Assembly: GCA_965261165.1 (NCBI GenBank)
Contig: OZ253445.1
Coordinates: 973,987 to 1,037,986, forward strand
Direction: 5' to 3'
Source: Gammaproteobacteria bacterium
Lineage (GTDB): Bacteria > Pseudomonadota > Gammaproteobacteria > Eutrophobiales > Eutrophobiaceae
DNA: 64,000 nucleotides
Shown here in pieces: positions 52,575 to 64,000 of the stretch; the first letter of the stretch is position 1; each line of letters starts with the position of its first letter. A program made the translations under genes and the position numbers. Below the pieces are notes generated by a model, which saw nothing but the letters and a program-made list of their open reading frames with translations, was not told the origin of the DNA and did not search any database.

Positions 52575-54209
52575 TTAGGCAGCGAAGTCTTTCCGCTGTT
52601 TTTCTGTCGGGATTAGCACTGTATTTTGTGGTGTTTTATTGTTGTCAGGTTCTGGGTAATCAAGGGAATAATGCAAGCCTCGGCTTTCCTTGCGTAATAG
52701 GGCGGAACGAATAATTAACTCGGCAACGGTGACCAGATTGCGTAATTCAATAAGGTCATTGGTGACACGGAAATTGCTGTAATACTCCATGATTTCCTGT
52801 TGCAGCAATCTAACTCGGCTTTGTGCGCGATGTAGTCGTTTCGTGGTTCTGACGATACCTACATAATCCCACATGAAACGGCGGATCTCATCCCAGTTAT
52901 GAGAGACCACAACTTCTTCGTCAGAATCCGTGACTTGGCTTTCATCCCATTCGGGTAATTGTTGCGGCATCTCTGTTTCGGCTAGTCTGATCATTATATC
53001 TCTAAAGGCAGAATGTGCGAAAACAATACATTCAAGCAGTGAATTACTGGCCATGCGATTGGCGCCATGTAGTCCCGAATTTGTGACCTCGCCAATCGCG
53101 TACAAGCCTGCTATATCTGTTCTTCCACGTTTATCGACAACAATACCGCCACAGGTGTAGTGTGCTGCGGGAACCACCGGGACAGGTTGTTTGGCCAAAT
53201 CGAAACCAAAACATAGACATTTTTGGTAGATATTCGGAAAGTGAGAAATAATAAAATCTTTCGGCCTATGGCTGATGTCCAGATAAACGCATTCACCGCC
53301 TGTTTTTTTCATTTCATGATCAATGGCACGTGCAACAACATCTCTGGGCGCGAGCTCGGCGCGTTTGTCAAAGCGTTGCATGAATGGTTTGCCATTAGCG
53401 AGTAATAATTTCGCACCTTCCCCTCGTAAGGCCTCTGAAATGAGGAAAGATTTGGCATGTGGGTGATACAGGCAGGTCGGGTGAAACTGAATGAATTCCA
53501 TATCGGCGATACTGCAGCCTGCACGCCAGGCCATGGCGATACCATCGCCGGTGCAAATATCAGGGTTGCTAGTGTAGAGATAAACCTTGCCAACACCGCC
53601 CGTCGCCAGAATCACAAATTTGGCCTTGAATACCTCAACGGCTGCTTCGGCTTCGTCATAGACATAGGCGCCGAGGCATTTATTGACAGATAAAGATTGT
53701 CCAGATTTCTCACTGGTGATCAGGTCTATGGCAGTCCGATATTCAAATAATTCGATACTTGAGTGTTCGCGCACCCGGCTTTCCAAAGTGGTTTCTATCG
53801 CACGCCCCGTGGAATCTGAGGCATGAATGATTCGACGATGGCTATGGCCACCTTCTTTATGTAGGTGGAAGTCAACGCTGCCATCAGCATCAATGACCTT
53901 GGTAAAATTGACGCCCAGATCAGTTAGCCATTGAATACTTTCACGGCCATGTTCGACAACAAAACGCACGATCTCTTCATTGCAAAGACCTGCGCCTGTA
54001 TGCAGGGTGTCCTGAACATGCGAATCTATTGAATCGCGGGTGTCGAGGACGGCAGATACGCCGCCTTGTGCGTAAAACGTCGCGCCTTCGGTAAGCTTGC
54101 CTTTAGACAGGACGGCGACGGAGGCGTGTTTTGCTAATTGTAACGCTAGGCTCAGGCCTGAAGCACCACTGCCGATTATGAGTACATCGTGTTGGTATCG
54201 GTGTGTCAT
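52575..54209 (-). CDS. nadB: L-aspartate oxidase
   Basis: 544 aa; FAD motif [12 protein letters not shown], succinate dehydrogenase/fumarate reductase flavoprotein fold. Confidence 0.9.
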   Translation of the reverse strand: MTHRYQHDVLIIGSGASGLSLALQLAKHASVAVLSKGKLTEGATFYAQGGVSAVLDTRDSIDSHVQDTLHTGAGLCNEEIVRFVVEHGRESIQWLTDLGVNFTKVIDADGSVDFHLHKEGGHSHRRIIHASDSTGRAIETTLESRVREHSSIELFEYRTAIDLITSEKSGQSLSVNKCLGAYVYDEAEAAVEVFKAKFVILATGGVGKVYLYTSNPDICTGDGIAMAWRAGCSIADMEFIQFHPTCLYHPHAKSFLISEALRGEGAKLLLANGKPFMQRFDKRAELAPRDVVARAIDHEMKKTGGECVYLDISHRPKDFIISHFPNIYQKCLCFGFDLAKQPVPVVPAAHYTCGGIVVDKRGRTDIAGLYAIGEVTNSGLHGANRMASNSLLECIVFAHSAFRDIMIRLAETEMPQQLPEWDESQVTDSDEEVVVSHNWDEIRRFMWDYVGIVRTTKRLHRAQSRVRLLQQEIMEYYSNFRVTNDLIELRNLVTVAELIIRSALLRKESRGLHYSLDYPEPDNNKTPQNTVLIPTEKQRKDFAA

Positions 54210-54283
54210 GTGACTTAAGATGATATACGTGGAAACATATGTAAGCTATTGATTAGAATTTATTCTTAAAACTTGGCTTTGGA

Positions 54284-54312
54284 ACTCTGTTACTGGTTTT
54301 GGGTCAATAAAA
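54284..54312 (+). promoter_or_regulatory. Putative sigma-E-dependent autoregulated promoter of rpoE
   Basis: GGAACTC - 17 nt - TCAATAA resembles the sigma-E consensus GGAACTT-N16-TCtaA, about 50 nt upstream of rpoE. Confidence 0.35.
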
Positions 54313-54359
54313 GCGAGAATTATAACACATGGTATTTGCCTGAATGGGGGTTTGCCTGA

Positions 54360-54938
54360 ATGGGCGAAAGCGTTACCGATAAGCAACTGGTAGAAAGAGT
54401 ACAAAATGGTAACAAGAAAGCTTTTGATGTTCTGGTACTTAAATACCAGCAGCGCATTATCAATCTGGTTTCAAGGTTTGTCCATAATCCCAGTGATGCA
54501 CAAGATATTGCTCAAGAAGCCTTTATTAAGGCTTATAGAGCACTACCAAATTTTCGTGGTGAGAGCGCTTTTTACACATGGATGTACCGTGTTGCAGTCA
54601 ATACAGCAAAAAATCATCTGGCAGTTAAATCTAGGAGACCACTTGAATCAGCGCATGATATTGATGATGTGGAACAAATTGAAGGTGATCACGCTCTAAT
54701 GCACCAAGAAACCCCTGAACACTTGTTGTTGAGGGATGAGATACAGGGGACTATCATCAACTCGATTGAGGCCTTGCCTAAAGATTTAAAGGTGGCAATC
54801 ACCTTGAGAGAGGTGGAAGGACTGAGTTATGAAGATATTGCGGTGGCTATGAATTGTCCGATTGGTACTGTGAGGTCACGCATATTCCGAGCACGAGAAG
54901 CGATCGATAAAGAGCTAAAACCGTTAATTGAACAATAG
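54360..54938 (+). CDS. rpoE: ECF sigma factor sigma-E (sigma-24)
   Basis: 192 aa, regions 2 and 4, collinear with RpoE/AlgU. Confidence 0.9.
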   Translation: MGESVTDKQLVERVQNGNKKAFDVLVLKYQQRIINLVSRFVHNPSDAQDIAQEAFIKAYRALPNFRGESAFYTWMYRVAVNTAKNHLAVKSRRPLESAHDIDDVEQIEGDHALMHQETPEHLLLRDEIQGTIINSIEALPKDLKVAITLREVEGLSYEDIAVAMNCPIGTVRSRIFRAREAIDKELKPLIEQ

Positions 54939-54982
54939 TTAATTGAACAACAGATTACAATGAACAAACAGAGTGAAATGAG

Positions 54983-55564
54983 ATGAACGAACAAAAAAGC
55001 GAACAATTATCAGCCCAAATATCAGCCTTGATGGATGATGAACTGACTCATGAGGCATCGCTTGTCATCGATAATTTGCTGGAAGATAGTAAAGCTAAAA
55101 AAACTTGGGAACGATATCATTTGATTGGTGAGTTTTTGCGAGGCCATTTGTCAGAGTATTATGGAAATATGGCTGATAGGGTAAGCTCGGCGATTGCTTT
55201 GGAGCCGACAGTTCTTGCCCTAAGGAAAAGACCTTCGAATCTGATGAAGCCAGTTGTAGGGCTTGCCATTGCTGCCGGAGTTGCTGCGGTTGCTATTTTT
55301 AATGTTCAACAGGTCAATCAAATTCAGGGAGCAGGGCAGACTATTGCTGGGCAGCCCAGTATTGCTACAAGTCAACCATCTTTGTCCAATTCAATAGCAA
55401 GTTCGCAGTTAGTAGGCCAAGCTCAGGTGTATCAAGTCAAAAATATTGACCCTCGTCTGAGTCGATATCTGTTCAACTATAATGAATATCGAGCAAATAC
55501 GGGCGTTAGTGGTATGCTGCCTCATGCGAGGATGGTTGCTAATGAGCCAGAATCAAATAAATAG
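54983..55564 (+). CDS. rseA: Anti-sigma-E factor RseA/MucA
   Basis: 193 aa; N-terminal LSALMDDEL...WERYHLIGEFLRG anti-sigma domain, central TM. Confidence 0.75.
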   Translation: MNEQKSEQLSAQISALMDDELTHEASLVIDNLLEDSKAKKTWERYHLIGEFLRGHLSEYYGNMADRVSSAIALEPTVLALRKRPSNLMKPVVGLAIAAGVAAVAIFNVQQVNQIQGAGQTIAGQPSIATSQPSLSNSIASSQLVGQAQVYQVKNIDPRLSRYLFNYNEYRANTGVSGMLPHARMVANEPESNK

Positions 55565-55578
55565 GGTTTACTAATTAA

Positions 55579-56574
55579 GTGTTTCGTAAAGGGATTAGAT
55601 ACAACCTGTCATCGCGTTTTCTGTTTCTGTGTTTAATGCTAGTTCCAGTCTCGTCTTTTGCTGTCAATCAAACACCACCTGCGCAACAACTCATCAGGCA
55701 AATGTCTGAGGCGAATTATAGACTAAATTATAAAGGTGTTTTCATCTATCGACGGCAAGAGGAAATGGATACCATGCGTATTATCCATAAAGTTGATGAA
55801 AATGGCGTACAGGAAAGGATCGTTTCATTGACAGGTTTTGCTCGCGAGGTTATCCGTGATAAAAATTCTGTGACTTACATTTTGCCTGATGATGAATCCG
55901 TGATGGTGGAAAAAAGCAGCCCACGACAATTCAAGATTAGTCAGTTACCCGAACAAATAAACAAGGTTTCAGAATATTATATTTTTTCAATTGCTGGGCA
56001 AGATCGTGTTGCTAATCGATCAACATGGGTCGTCAATATTTTGCCAAAAGACGATTACCGTTATGGTTATCAGCTGTGGATTGATCTCAAATCGAAATTA
56101 TTACTTAAGTCTGAGTTAAAGAATAAGGCTGGCATCGCTCTTGAAGAATTCTTTTTTGTAAAATTTCAAGTTGTTGAGGAAATCCCTGATGATTGGTTAA
56201 AACCTGAAGTATCAGGTGTAGGATATACTTGGCACGACAATTCTTCAGAAGATGTTCCAGTGTATCAAGGTGATATCTCATGGAAAGCAACATGGATGCC
56301 CGATGGTTTTGTTATGAGTGCTCAGGAAAAGCAAAGTGTCGATGAAAGTCAGATGCCGGTTGAACATCTAATGTATTCGGATGGTCTGGCAACGGTCTCG
56401 ATATTTGTTGAAAAGCTTAATAAACCCGTCGATGTTGTGACTGGCTCTTCGAGTATGGGAGGCGTGAATACATTTTCAACCATAACTGATAGCTACCACC
56501 TCATAACTGCGGTTGGCGAAGTCCCTGGAGATACTGTCAAATTGTTTGCCAAATCTGTCGTTTCAAACAAGTAA
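55579..56574 (+). CDS. rseB: Sigma-E regulatory protein RseB/MucB
   Basis: 331 aa, signal peptide, MucB/RseB family. Confidence 0.8.
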   Translation: MFRKGIRYNLSSRFLFLCLMLVPVSSFAVNQTPPAQQLIRQMSEANYRLNYKGVFIYRRQEEMDTMRIIHKVDENGVQERIVSLTGFAREVIRDKNSVTYILPDDESVMVEKSSPRQFKISQLPEQINKVSEYYIFSIAGQDRVANRSTWVVNILPKDDYRYGYQLWIDLKSKLLLKSELKNKAGIALEEFFFVKFQVVEEIPDDWLKPEVSGVGYTWHDNSSEDVPVYQGDISWKATWMPDGFVMSAQEKQSVDESQMPVEHLMYSDGLATVSIFVEKLNKPVDVVTGSSSMGGVNTFSTITDSYHLITAVGEVPGDTVKLFAKSVVSNK

Positions 56575-56661
56575 ATCATCTGAAAATATTTATAGTTTTA
56601 TGTTTGTAGAAGATGTTCGATTGTCCAATTAAATTTTACTGGTAAAAGATCACCAGATTTT

Positions 56662-58113
56662 GTGGAGTGTTTTATGAATTACGGAATGCAATTATTAAAA
56701 AGAGCACAGAGTTTTGTTTTTATTTGCCTTGTTTTATCTATTCAAAATTTACAGGCTCGTTCCTTACCGGATTTTATTCCATTGGTGGAGGAAAGTGCTG
56801 CTGCAGTTGTAAATATCAGCACAACTCTGAAAAAGAATAATGGTATGCCCCAGATTCAGAGACACAATATTCCAGATATACCAAAAGGCAGTCCTTTTAA
56901 TGATTTTTTTAATAAATTCTTTGGGGAAATTCCCGAAGACATGTCACCTAGCCAACAAAGAACCTCTCTTGGATCTGGTTTTATTATGTCAAATAATGGT
57001 TACATAATCACCAATAACCATGTCGTCAAAGATGCGGATGAGATCATCGTGCGCCTCAATGATAGAAGGGAATTTGTTGCTGAAGTTATCGGTACTGATG
57101 AACGTAGTGATATTGCCGTATTAAAAATTGAAGGTCAGAAATTACCGACGTTAAAGCTGGGAGATTCTTCAAAGCTAAAAGTCGGTGAATGGGTATTGGC
57201 GATAGGTTCTCCTTTTGGATTTGATCATTCTGTTACTCAGGGAATTATCAGCGCGATGGGACGCAGCCTACCTAGGGAAAATTATGTGCCCTTTATCCAG
57301 ACAGATGTTGCAATTAACCCTGGTAATTCTGGTGGCCCCCTATTCAATCTGCAAGGGGAAGTTATTGGTGTTAACTCCCAAATTTATAGCCGTACAGGTG
57401 GTTTTATGGGTATGTCTTTCGCCATACCTGTCAATGTGGTCAAAGATGTCTATCAACAACTAAAAAACAATGGTCGTGTTTCTCGTGGTTGGTTAGGTGT
57501 GTTGATACAGGACGTGACTAGAGAATTAGCCGAGTCCTTTGGCATGAAAAAAACACATGGCGCACTTGTGGCAAAAGTTTTGCAAGATAGTCCTGCTGAA
57601 AAAGCTGGGTTTTTGGTTGGTGACGTCATTGTCCGTTTCAATGGAGATAAAATTGATGTTTCATCTGATCTACCGCCAATGGTGGGTAGTACAAAAGTTG
57701 GCAAGACTGTACCGGCTAGAGTTATTCGACATGGAAAGCCGATAAATCTTAAGGTAAAGATTGCTGAATTATTTACTAGTGAGAATGCCAAGTTATCTCC
57801 ATCAGGAAAAAATGGAGCCAAACAGCAAAATCCTTTGCATGTCGTTGTTGAAGATTTAACAGAAGAGCAACGTAAAGAACTGGAAATTGAAGATCATGGT
57901 GTAGTGGTCAGTCAGATATCATCTGGTCCTGCTCGTAAAGCAGGCGTACGCAATGGTGATGTTATACTGTTGATTAATAACATCAAAATAAAAGATGCAA
58001 AACATTTTGCTGGTCTAGTTGATCAATTGCCCGAAGACAAATCAATTCCTATCTTGATTCAGAGAAGAGGCGGACCTATTTTCCTTGCCCTAAAATTGAA
58101 AGATGGCTCCTGA
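56662..58113 (+). CDS. degP: Periplasmic serine endoprotease DegP/MucD (HtrA family)
   Basis: 483 aa; trypsin-like catalytic triad (H, D, GNSGGPL) plus two PDZ domains; no rseC between rseB and degP. Confidence 0.85.
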   Translation: MECFMNYGMQLLKRAQSFVFICLVLSIQNLQARSLPDFIPLVEESAAAVVNISTTLKKNNGMPQIQRHNIPDIPKGSPFNDFFNKFFGEIPEDMSPSQQRTSLGSGFIMSNNGYIITNNHVVKDADEIIVRLNDRREFVAEVIGTDERSDIAVLKIEGQKLPTLKLGDSSKLKVGEWVLAIGSPFGFDHSVTQGIISAMGRSLPRENYVPFIQTDVAINPGNSGGPLFNLQGEVIGVNSQIYSRTGGFMGMSFAIPVNVVKDVYQQLKNNGRVSRGWLGVLIQDVTRELAESFGMKKTHGALVAKVLQDSPAEKAGFLVGDVIVRFNGDKIDVSSDLPPMVGSTKVGKTVPARVIRHGKPINLKVKIAELFTSENAKLSPSGKNGAKQQNPLHVVVEDLTEEQRKELEIEDHGVVVSQISSGPARKAGVRNGDVILLINNIKIKDAKHFAGLVDQLPEDKSIPILIQRRGGPIFLALKLKDGS

Positions 58114-58468
58114 TCAAGGACTCAACAATTTATCAAAATTGGAATTTATTTCTGGATATTTTCTCTATTATTTCGTGTTCTGTATTTTCCAGTGAAATAA
58201 TTTTTTTATCACTCGATGGTAAAAAAGCTAAAGCAGTATATAAAGATTGAAAAGGCAACGGATACCGCAATCGTTGTAAATTGGGAAAACATTTCCTATC
58301 AGGCAATAGTGCGATGATGGGCTTTCTTGATATGCTTGGAAATGTCACGGCCACGTATAAGCTGTATATAGGGCTCTATATAAGCTAGAATCGCCCACCT
58401 TTAGCATGGATAAGAGGATTAGCCGCCATCTATTTATCTAGCTTCTATCAATTAGGCAAATAGTTAAA

Positions 58469-60265
58469 ATGCAGAATATTCGCAATTTCTCGATCATTGC
58501 GCACATTGATCATGGCAAATCCACATTAGCCGACCGGTTTATACAGCATTGTGGTGCATTAACCGAGCGAGAAATGTCTGATCAGGTGCTCGATTCTATG
58601 GATCTGGAACGTGAACGTGGTATTACCATCAAGTCTCAGAGTGTCACCCTGAAATACAAAGCTGAGAATGGGGAGATATATCAGTTAAATCTTATTGATA
58701 CTCCTGGACATGTAGATTTTAGTTATGAGGTTTCACGTTCTCTTGCGGCTTGCGATGGTGCACTACTGGTTGTGGATGCGACACAAGGTGTTGAAGCGCA
58801 GAGTGTTGCCAACTGTATGACTGCTATCGATTTGGATCTGGAAGTATTACCGGTATTGAATAAGATTGATCTTCCATCCGCAGACCCTGAACGCGTGTTA
58901 AACGAGGTTGAAGAGATTGTCGGACTTGATACCACAGACACGATACAGGTAAGTGCCAAGACTGGTCTAGGGGTGGAAGGCCTACTTGAACAAATTATAA
59001 ACGTTATCCCCGCACCATCAGGCGTAGAGGATGCACCACTCAAAGCATTAATCATAGATTCCTGGTTTGATAATTATCTGGGCGTTGTTTCATTGGTAAG
59101 GGTTATCGATGGCTGTCTGCCAGCAGGTAAGAAAATGCGTGTGATGTCTACAGGAAGAGACCATCTGGTTGATGAGATCGGTATTTTTACTCCAAAGCGG
59201 AGTGCACAAACGGCCTTGAATGCTGGAGAAGTCGGTTATGTTATTTCTGGCATTAAAGACTTGGGAGGAGCACCAGTTGGAGATACATTAACGCTGGCTG
59301 ATAATCCGGCATCTGAATCATTACCAGGTTTCCAGGAGATTAAACCGAAAGTTTTTGCTGGCATGTATCCTATAGATTCCAGTGATTATGAAGCTTTTCG
59401 TGAAGCCTTGACGAAATTAAAACTGAATGATGCAGCACTTTATTTTGAACCTGAAACCTCTCAGGCTCTGGGATTTGGTTTTCGTTGCGGCTTCCTAGGG
59501 ATGTTACATCTGGAAATTATTCAGGAACGACTTGAACGTGAGTATGATCTGAGTCTGATTACTGCAGCACCAACAGTGGTTTATGAAGTTGAAACGACGA
59601 ATGGGGAGATAGTTTCAGTTGATAATCCGGCGAAATTACCTCCTATGGATAAAATTAAGGAGGTCCGTGAACCCATTATTTATGCTGATATTCTTGTGCC
59701 ACAGAAATATTTAGGTAATGCCATTACGCTGTGTATCGAGAAACGTGGCGTACAGAAGAAACTACAATATCTGGGCAATCAAATTTCACTGGGTTTTGAA
59801 CTGCCCATGAGTGAGGTTGTTCTGGATTTTTTTGATCGTCTTAAATCAGCAAGTCGAGGCTATGCTTCCTTCGATTATCATTTTATGAGATTTCAGGCAT
59901 CTCCACTGGTCAAGCTAGACATATTAATTAATGGTGAGCGAGTCGATGCACTCTCTATTATCACGCATCAAGAACAATCTCGAAACAGAGGGCATGACTT
60001 GACGGCTAAAATTAAAGAATTTATTCCAAGGCAAATGTTTGATGTTGCCATTCAGGCTGCAATTGGCTCAAAAATTTTATCAAGGCATTCAGTTAAGGCA
60101 TTACGTAAAAATGTGACAGCAAAATGCTATGGCGGTGATATTTCTCGTAAACGCAAATTGCTGGAAAAACAAAAGGCAGGTAAGAAGCGGATGAAACAAT
60201 TTGGCTCTGTAGAAATACCACAAGATGCCTTTATGGCAATATTACATGTGGGGGAAGATAAGTGA
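58469..60265 (+). CDS. lepA: Elongation factor 4
   Basis: 598 aa, GTPase motifs AHIDHGKST / DTPGH / NKID, LepA C-terminal domain. Confidence 0.9.
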   Translation: MQNIRNFSIIAHIDHGKSTLADRFIQHCGALTEREMSDQVLDSMDLERERGITIKSQSVTLKYKAENGEIYQLNLIDTPGHVDFSYEVSRSLAACDGALLVVDATQGVEAQSVANCMTAIDLDLEVLPVLNKIDLPSADPERVLNEVEEIVGLDTTDTIQVSAKTGLGVEGLLEQIINVIPAPSGVEDAPLKALIIDSWFDNYLGVVSLVRVIDGCLPAGKKMRVMSTGRDHLVDEIGIFTPKRSAQTALNAGEVGYVISGIKDLGGAPVGDTLTLADNPASESLPGFQEIKPKVFAGMYPIDSSDYEAFREALTKLKLNDAALYFEPETSQALGFGFRCGFLGMLHLEIIQERLEREYDLSLITAAPTVVYEVETTNGEIVSVDNPAKLPPMDKIKEVREPIIYADILVPQKYLGNAITLCIEKRGVQKKLQYLGNQISLGFELPMSEVVLDFFDRLKSASRGYASFDYHFMRFQASPLVKLDILINGERVDALSIITHQEQSRNRGHDLTAKIKEFIPRQMFDVAIQAAIGSKILSRHSVKALRKNVTAKCYGGDISRKRKLLEKQKAGKKRMKQFGSVEIPQDAFMAILHVGEDK

Positions 60266-61086
60266 ATATAGATTTTTCAGCGGTTCTGGCCGTTTTAACA
60301 TTGCTAAGTGGTGCAATTTGGTTATTTGGAGTTCTATTTTTCGTTGACAAAAAAATTTTCGTTGACAAAAAAAATCAAGATGAAAATGGGGAGCTGATTT
60401 TACCGGTAATTGTTGATTTCGCCAGATCATTTTTTCCTGTATTTCTCATTGTTTTGATATTACGTTCATTTATCGTAGAGCCCTTTAGAATTCCTTCAGC
60501 GTCTATGATGCCAACCTTATTGATAGGTGATTTTATTCTGGTCAATAAATATGATTACGGTATTCGTCTACCCGTACTCGATACTAAGATAATTGAAAAC
60601 AAGACGCCAAACCGAGGAGATATCGTTGTTTTTCGTTATCCGCTGGATCCAAGTATCCCTTATATCAAGCGTGTTGTGGGGTTGCCCGGCGACAAATACC
60701 GCTATCAGGATAAAATTTTGACTATCAATGGCAAAGCCGTTGAGCAGATTGACATTGGAGCTTATCAGGCTGTGGGAGCAGGTAAAATGATGTTTGGGGC
60801 AACATTAAGTACAGAATTACTCGAAAATGCTGAACATGAAATTCTGCGGTTACCTGATAGCCCTATACATAATGTTGAAGGTATCGTCCCAAAAGGGCAT
60901 TATTTCGTTCTCGGAGATAATCGCGATAATAGTACAGATAGTCGCTATTGGGGCTTTGTTCCAGATGAAAATCTGGTTGGCAAGGCATTTATGATCTGGA
61001 TGAACTGGGATAGTAAAAACGGTGGTATTGGCTGGGGAAGAATTGGTACGATGATAAGCAATGCAAATGACAAGGGGATAAACTAA
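60262..61086 (+). CDS. lepB: Signal peptidase I
   Basis: 274 aa; SASMMPTL Ser motif, [20 protein letters not shown] box E; contains a 19-bp tandem duplication ([12 protein letters not shown]). Confidence 0.9.
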   Translation: MNIDFSAVLAVLTLLSGAIWLFGVLFFVDKKIFVDKKNQDENGELILPVIVDFARSFFPVFLIVLILRSFIVEPFRIPSASMMPTLLIGDFILVNKYDYGIRLPVLDTKIIENKTPNRGDIVVFRYPLDPSIPYIKRVVGLPGDKYRYQDKILTINGKAVEQIDIGAYQAVGAGKMMFGATLSTELLENAEHEILRLPDSPIHNVEGIVPKGHYFVLGDNRDNSTDSRYWGFVPDENLVGKAFMIWMNWDSKNGGIGWGRIGTMISNANDKGIN

Positions 61087-61484
61087 TGAAAAATATGAAA
61101 ATCAAGCAACGTGGAATTGGATTCATTGGTTGGTGTAGTGTTTTGGGTGTTCTTGCTTTTTTTATTCTTACAGGGCTTAGAATATTTCCGTTATATACCG
61201 AAAAATTCGCAGTTATTAAAGCAATGGAAAGCGCTGCAAAGCAGCCAGATGCTGCAAACTTATCCAAGGGCGAAGTGCGTAGAAATTTTCAGAAAAACGT
61301 AGAGATTAATTCAAATACACTACGTTTTACGAAGGAAAAGGATCTTAAAAGAATGGTCAAGATCGTTAAAAATAAAGAAAAGAAATATATACATGTCGCT
61401 TATGAAGGGAGAAATGAATATATCAAAGATATTAAATTCTTACTTGAATTTAATCACAAAGTTGAGCTAGGTGAGACACCTTAA
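61086..61484 (+). CDS. DUF4845-like small membrane-anchored protein
   Basis: 132 aa with N-terminal TM; conserved slot between lepB and rnc. Confidence 0.5.
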   Translation: MKNMKIKQRGIGFIGWCSVLGVLAFFILTGLRIFPLYTEKFAVIKAMESAAKQPDAANLSKGEVRRNFQKNVEINSNTLRFTKEKDLKRMVKIVKNKEKKYIHVAYEGRNEYIKDIKFLLEFNHKVELGETP

Positions 61485-61487
61485 TGA

Positions 61488-62180
61488 ATGAGCGCACAGC
61501 TGTCTAGTTTAGAAGGAGCAATTGATTACATATTTGATGATAAGGCACTTCTGGGAATTGCACTAACACATAGAAGTGTCGGTCGCGGCAATAATGAACG
61601 GCTTGAATATCTAGGTGATGCTGCACTAGGCTTTGTTATCGCTGATGCGATATTTAAAAAATTTCCTCAGGCGACAGAAGGCGAGCTTACTCGAATCAGA
61701 GCTTCCCTTGTCAAAGGGGAAACATTGGCTAGGCTGGGTCGAGATCTGAACTTGGGTGATTATATTAAACTCGGTCCCGGGGAAATGAGAAGCGGAGGCT
61801 GGCACCGTGATTCAATTCTTGCTAATACACTTGAAGCAATTATTGGCGCAGTTTATCTTGATGCGGATATGGAAATTTGTCGAAAGTTTGTCATTTTTCT
61901 CTATCGCCAATTACTTTCGGAAGTGTCTCTCGATAAACTCACTAAAGATCCCAAGACCACTCTACAAGAATTACTACAGTCCCGAAGGCTGGAATTGCCT
62001 AATTATAATATCATATCAGAGGGTGGCGATGCACATAGGCGGCTTTTTAATGTTGAATGTATAATTGTAGAGCCAAATATTTCAGTTCAGGCTGAAGGTC
62101 GTAGTAAACGTTTTGCCGAGCAAGCGGCAGCTGAAAAAGCTCTGTTTGAACTGGAAAAGAAATTCAATAAAATTCAGTAA
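61488..62180 (+). CDS. rnc: Ribonuclease III
   Basis: 230 aa; ERLEYLGDA signature plus dsRBD. Confidence 0.9.
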   Translation: MSAQLSSLEGAIDYIFDDKALLGIALTHRSVGRGNNERLEYLGDAALGFVIADAIFKKFPQATEGELTRIRASLVKGETLARLGRDLNLGDYIKLGPGEMRSGGWHRDSILANTLEAIIGAVYLDADMEICRKFVIFLYRQLLSEVSLDKLTKDPKTTLQELLQSRRLELPNYNIISEGGDAHRRLFNVECIIVEPNISVQAEGRSKRFAEQAAAEKALFELEKKFNKIQ

Positions 62181-62186
62181 TCACTT

Positions 62187-63098
62187 TTGCCGGAAAATAA
62201 CCCAAAAAATAATCAACCTTATTGCGGCTATGTCACCATTTTAGGTCGCTCAAATGTTGGCAAATCAACATTATTAAATAATTTGATTGGGCAAAAACTA
62301 AGCATTACTTCAAGAAAGCCACAAACAACAAGGCATCATACGCTAGGTGTGAATACCGATGAAAATCATCAAATTATATATATCGATACTCCAGGCATGC
62401 AGGATTCTCCGGCCAACGCCATGAATAGGTATATGAATAAGGAAGCAAAAAGTGCACTATCTGGAGTTGATGTGTTGGTGTATGTGGCTGAAGCATTAAA
62501 ATGGACTTCGCTTGATGAATATATACTAGGTTTGATTAAGAATAAAACAGCCCCAGTTATTCTGGTAGTGAACAAAGTGGATAAAATTAAAGACAAGGAA
62601 ATGATCTTGCCTTTTTTAAAAAAACTTTCGGGAAAAATGAATTTTAAGGAGATTATTCCTGTCTCTGCATTATCCAGAAAAAGCTTAAGACCATTAAAGA
62701 AATCAATAAAAGAATTATTGCCCACAGGGGAATTTCAATATCCAGACGATCAAATAACTGATAAATCCCAAGGTTATTTCGCAGCAGAATTTATCCGTGA
62801 GAAATTGATGAAAAGATTGGGGGAAGAATTACCCTATACCATAACGGTCACTATTGATTCGTTTATTGAGAAAGAAAATATAATTCATATTGATGCAATT
62901 ATCTGGGTTTCGACAAAAAGTCAAAAGATGATTGTGCTTGGGCAAAAAGGAACAAGGTTGAAAGCCATTGGAGGGCAGGCACGTAAGGATATGGAACGGA
63001 TGTTTGAAAATAAAGTTTTCTTGAGAACATGGGTTAAGGTCAAGGATAAATGGATGGATAATGAACTGACCATCAAACAATTAGGTTTCGATTCCTGA
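62187..63098 (+). CDS. era: GTPase Era
   Basis: 303 aa; G1 GRSNVGKST, G3 DTPG, NKVD; KH domain. Confidence 0.9.
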   Translation: MPENNPKNNQPYCGYVTILGRSNVGKSTLLNNLIGQKLSITSRKPQTTRHHTLGVNTDENHQIIYIDTPGMQDSPANAMNRYMNKEAKSALSGVDVLVYVAEALKWTSLDEYILGLIKNKTAPVILVVNKVDKIKDKEMILPFLKKLSGKMNFKEIIPVSALSRKSLRPLKKSIKELLPTGEFQYPDDQITDKSQGYFAAEFIREKLMKRLGEELPYTITVTIDSFIEKENIIHIDAIIWVSTKSQKMIVLGQKGTRLKAIGGQARKDMERMFENKVFLRTWVKVKDKWMDNELTIKQLGFDS

Positions 63099-63108
63099 AA
63101 CCACTTAC

Positions 63109-63822
63109 ATGCATACGGAGTTAACACCCTGTTTTATTCTTCATTCCAGATCGTATCTTGAATCGAGCTTGTTGCTGGATATTTTTTCCAGAGAATATGG
63201 CAGACTACACCTGATAGCAAAGGGTGCGAAACGGGAAAAATCTACATTTTCTGGACTTCTACAGCCCTATCAACGATTGTTGATGGCATGGCGAGGAAAA
63301 GGCGAGCTAATGACCTTAGTGGATGTCGAAGCTAATATTGAACCATATAATCTGTCTGCTGAAAAAGTGATCGCTGGTTTTTATGTGAACGAATTGTTAG
63401 TTCGATTGTTACATCAGCATGAATCACATCCGGAATTATTTGATTTGTATAATCAAGCCATATTAGATATCTCTATTTCAAATAGCATTGATGCAATTCT
63501 TAGATTCTTCGAGAAAGGCTTGCTTGAATCTCTCGGTTATGGCCTGTTGTTAGATCATGAGGTCGAAGAAGGTCGGGCGATAGAAGCAGGGAGAAATTAT
63601 TATTATCTTATTGATTCAGGACCAATGAAAAATACACCTATCACAGGAAACTATATTGAGATTGCAGGCAATAGCTTATTGGCATTGGGGAATGACTGTT
63701 TGCGAAACAAATCTGAATTAGAAGAAACAAAACGATTGATGCGATTCGTATTGAAACATCATCTAGGTAATAAACCCTTGGCCAGCAGAGCCTTGTATAA
63801 GGCTTATACCCAGGTTATCTGA
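63109..63822 (+). CDS. recO: DNA repair protein RecO
   Basis: 237 aa RecO family. Confidence 0.85.
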   Translation: MHTELTPCFILHSRSYLESSLLLDIFSREYGRLHLIAKGAKREKSTFSGLLQPYQRLLMAWRGKGELMTLVDVEANIEPYNLSAEKVIAGFYVNELLVRLLHQHESHPELFDLYNQAILDISISNSIDAILRFFEKGLLESLGYGLLLDHEVEEGRAIEAGRNYYYLIDSGPMKNTPITGNYIEIAGNSLLALGNDCLRNKSELEETKRLMRFVLKHHLGNKPLASRALYKAYTQVI

Positions 63823-63928
63823 AAATTGCATTATCCGGATAATTTTGGCATATACTCAAACCAACCAGAAATGCGCTAAAATGCGCCGCCTTCATCACAA
63901 AATAGATGGGTAAAGACAGGCAGAAAAC

Positions 63929-64000
63929 ATGTTGTTAGGTGTAAACATTGACCATATTGCTACGCTGAGACAGGCAAGATTAACTCCTTATCCTGATCCC
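63929..64000 (+). CDS. pdxJ: Pyridoxine 5'-phosphate synthase (5' end only, runs off the window)
   Basis: MLLGVNIDHIATLRQARLTPYPDP matches the PdxJ N-terminus (LGVNIDHIATLRNARGTxYPDP). Confidence 0.7.
   Translation, partial: MLLGVNIDHIATLRQARLTPYPDP

Overview
The window is a low-GC (about 40%) gammaproteobacterial chromosome segment. Two parts differ sharply.

Positions 1 to about 11090 form a decayed accessory region. It holds remnants of a T2SS/MSHA-type pilus operon (GspL-like fragment, GspM/PilO-like gene, secretin C-terminal fragment). It holds a four-gene minus-strand metal cluster (Cys-rich secreted protein, periplasmic HMA-domain protein, outer-membrane beta-barrel, MerT-like permease) with no MerA or MerR. 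Next comes an lpd-like pyridine-nucleotide-disulfide oxidoreductase pseudogene broken by homopolymer frameshifts, including a 15-nt poly-C tract. Then an IS3 OrfA fragment and an orphan Rhs C-terminal toxin/immunity array: two modules plus a duplicated leader stub, one toxin carrying an L,D-transpeptidase-like catalytic motif with a lipoprotein immunity gene. The region ends with an IS1182/IS5-like transposase fragment, a Dam-type MTase C-terminal fragment and iteron-like repeats.

From 11094 onward the genes are conserved core with Pseudomonas-like synteny. In order: hemF, hisBH, purD-purH-fis-dusB-DUF3426-prmA-accC, rpiA, ilvA, a candidate 6S RNA, zapA, ygfB-pepP-ubiH-ubiI, glnS, purC, ppiC, a Sel1-repeat protein, class I fba, pyk. 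Then a cobalamin riboswitch-btuB locus with a BtuM-like membrane protein, a signal-peptide-less BtuF-like protein and a PduO-type adenosyltransferase. Then gluQ-dksA, cysZ, queF, smc-zipA-ligA, nadB, rpoE-rseA-rseB-degP, lepA-lepB-rnc-era-recO and the start of pdxJ.

The main oddities are listed here. dusB is split by an in-frame TAA immediately followed by ATG. DksA carries four 29-aa Lys-rich histone-H1-like tandem repeats. A dispersed repeat family of about 170 bp has four copies, one sitting where accB is expected. Short 16-21 bp tandem duplications recur inside genes, and poly-C tracts occur. No CRISPR, no tRNA/rRNA and no intact transposase were seen.
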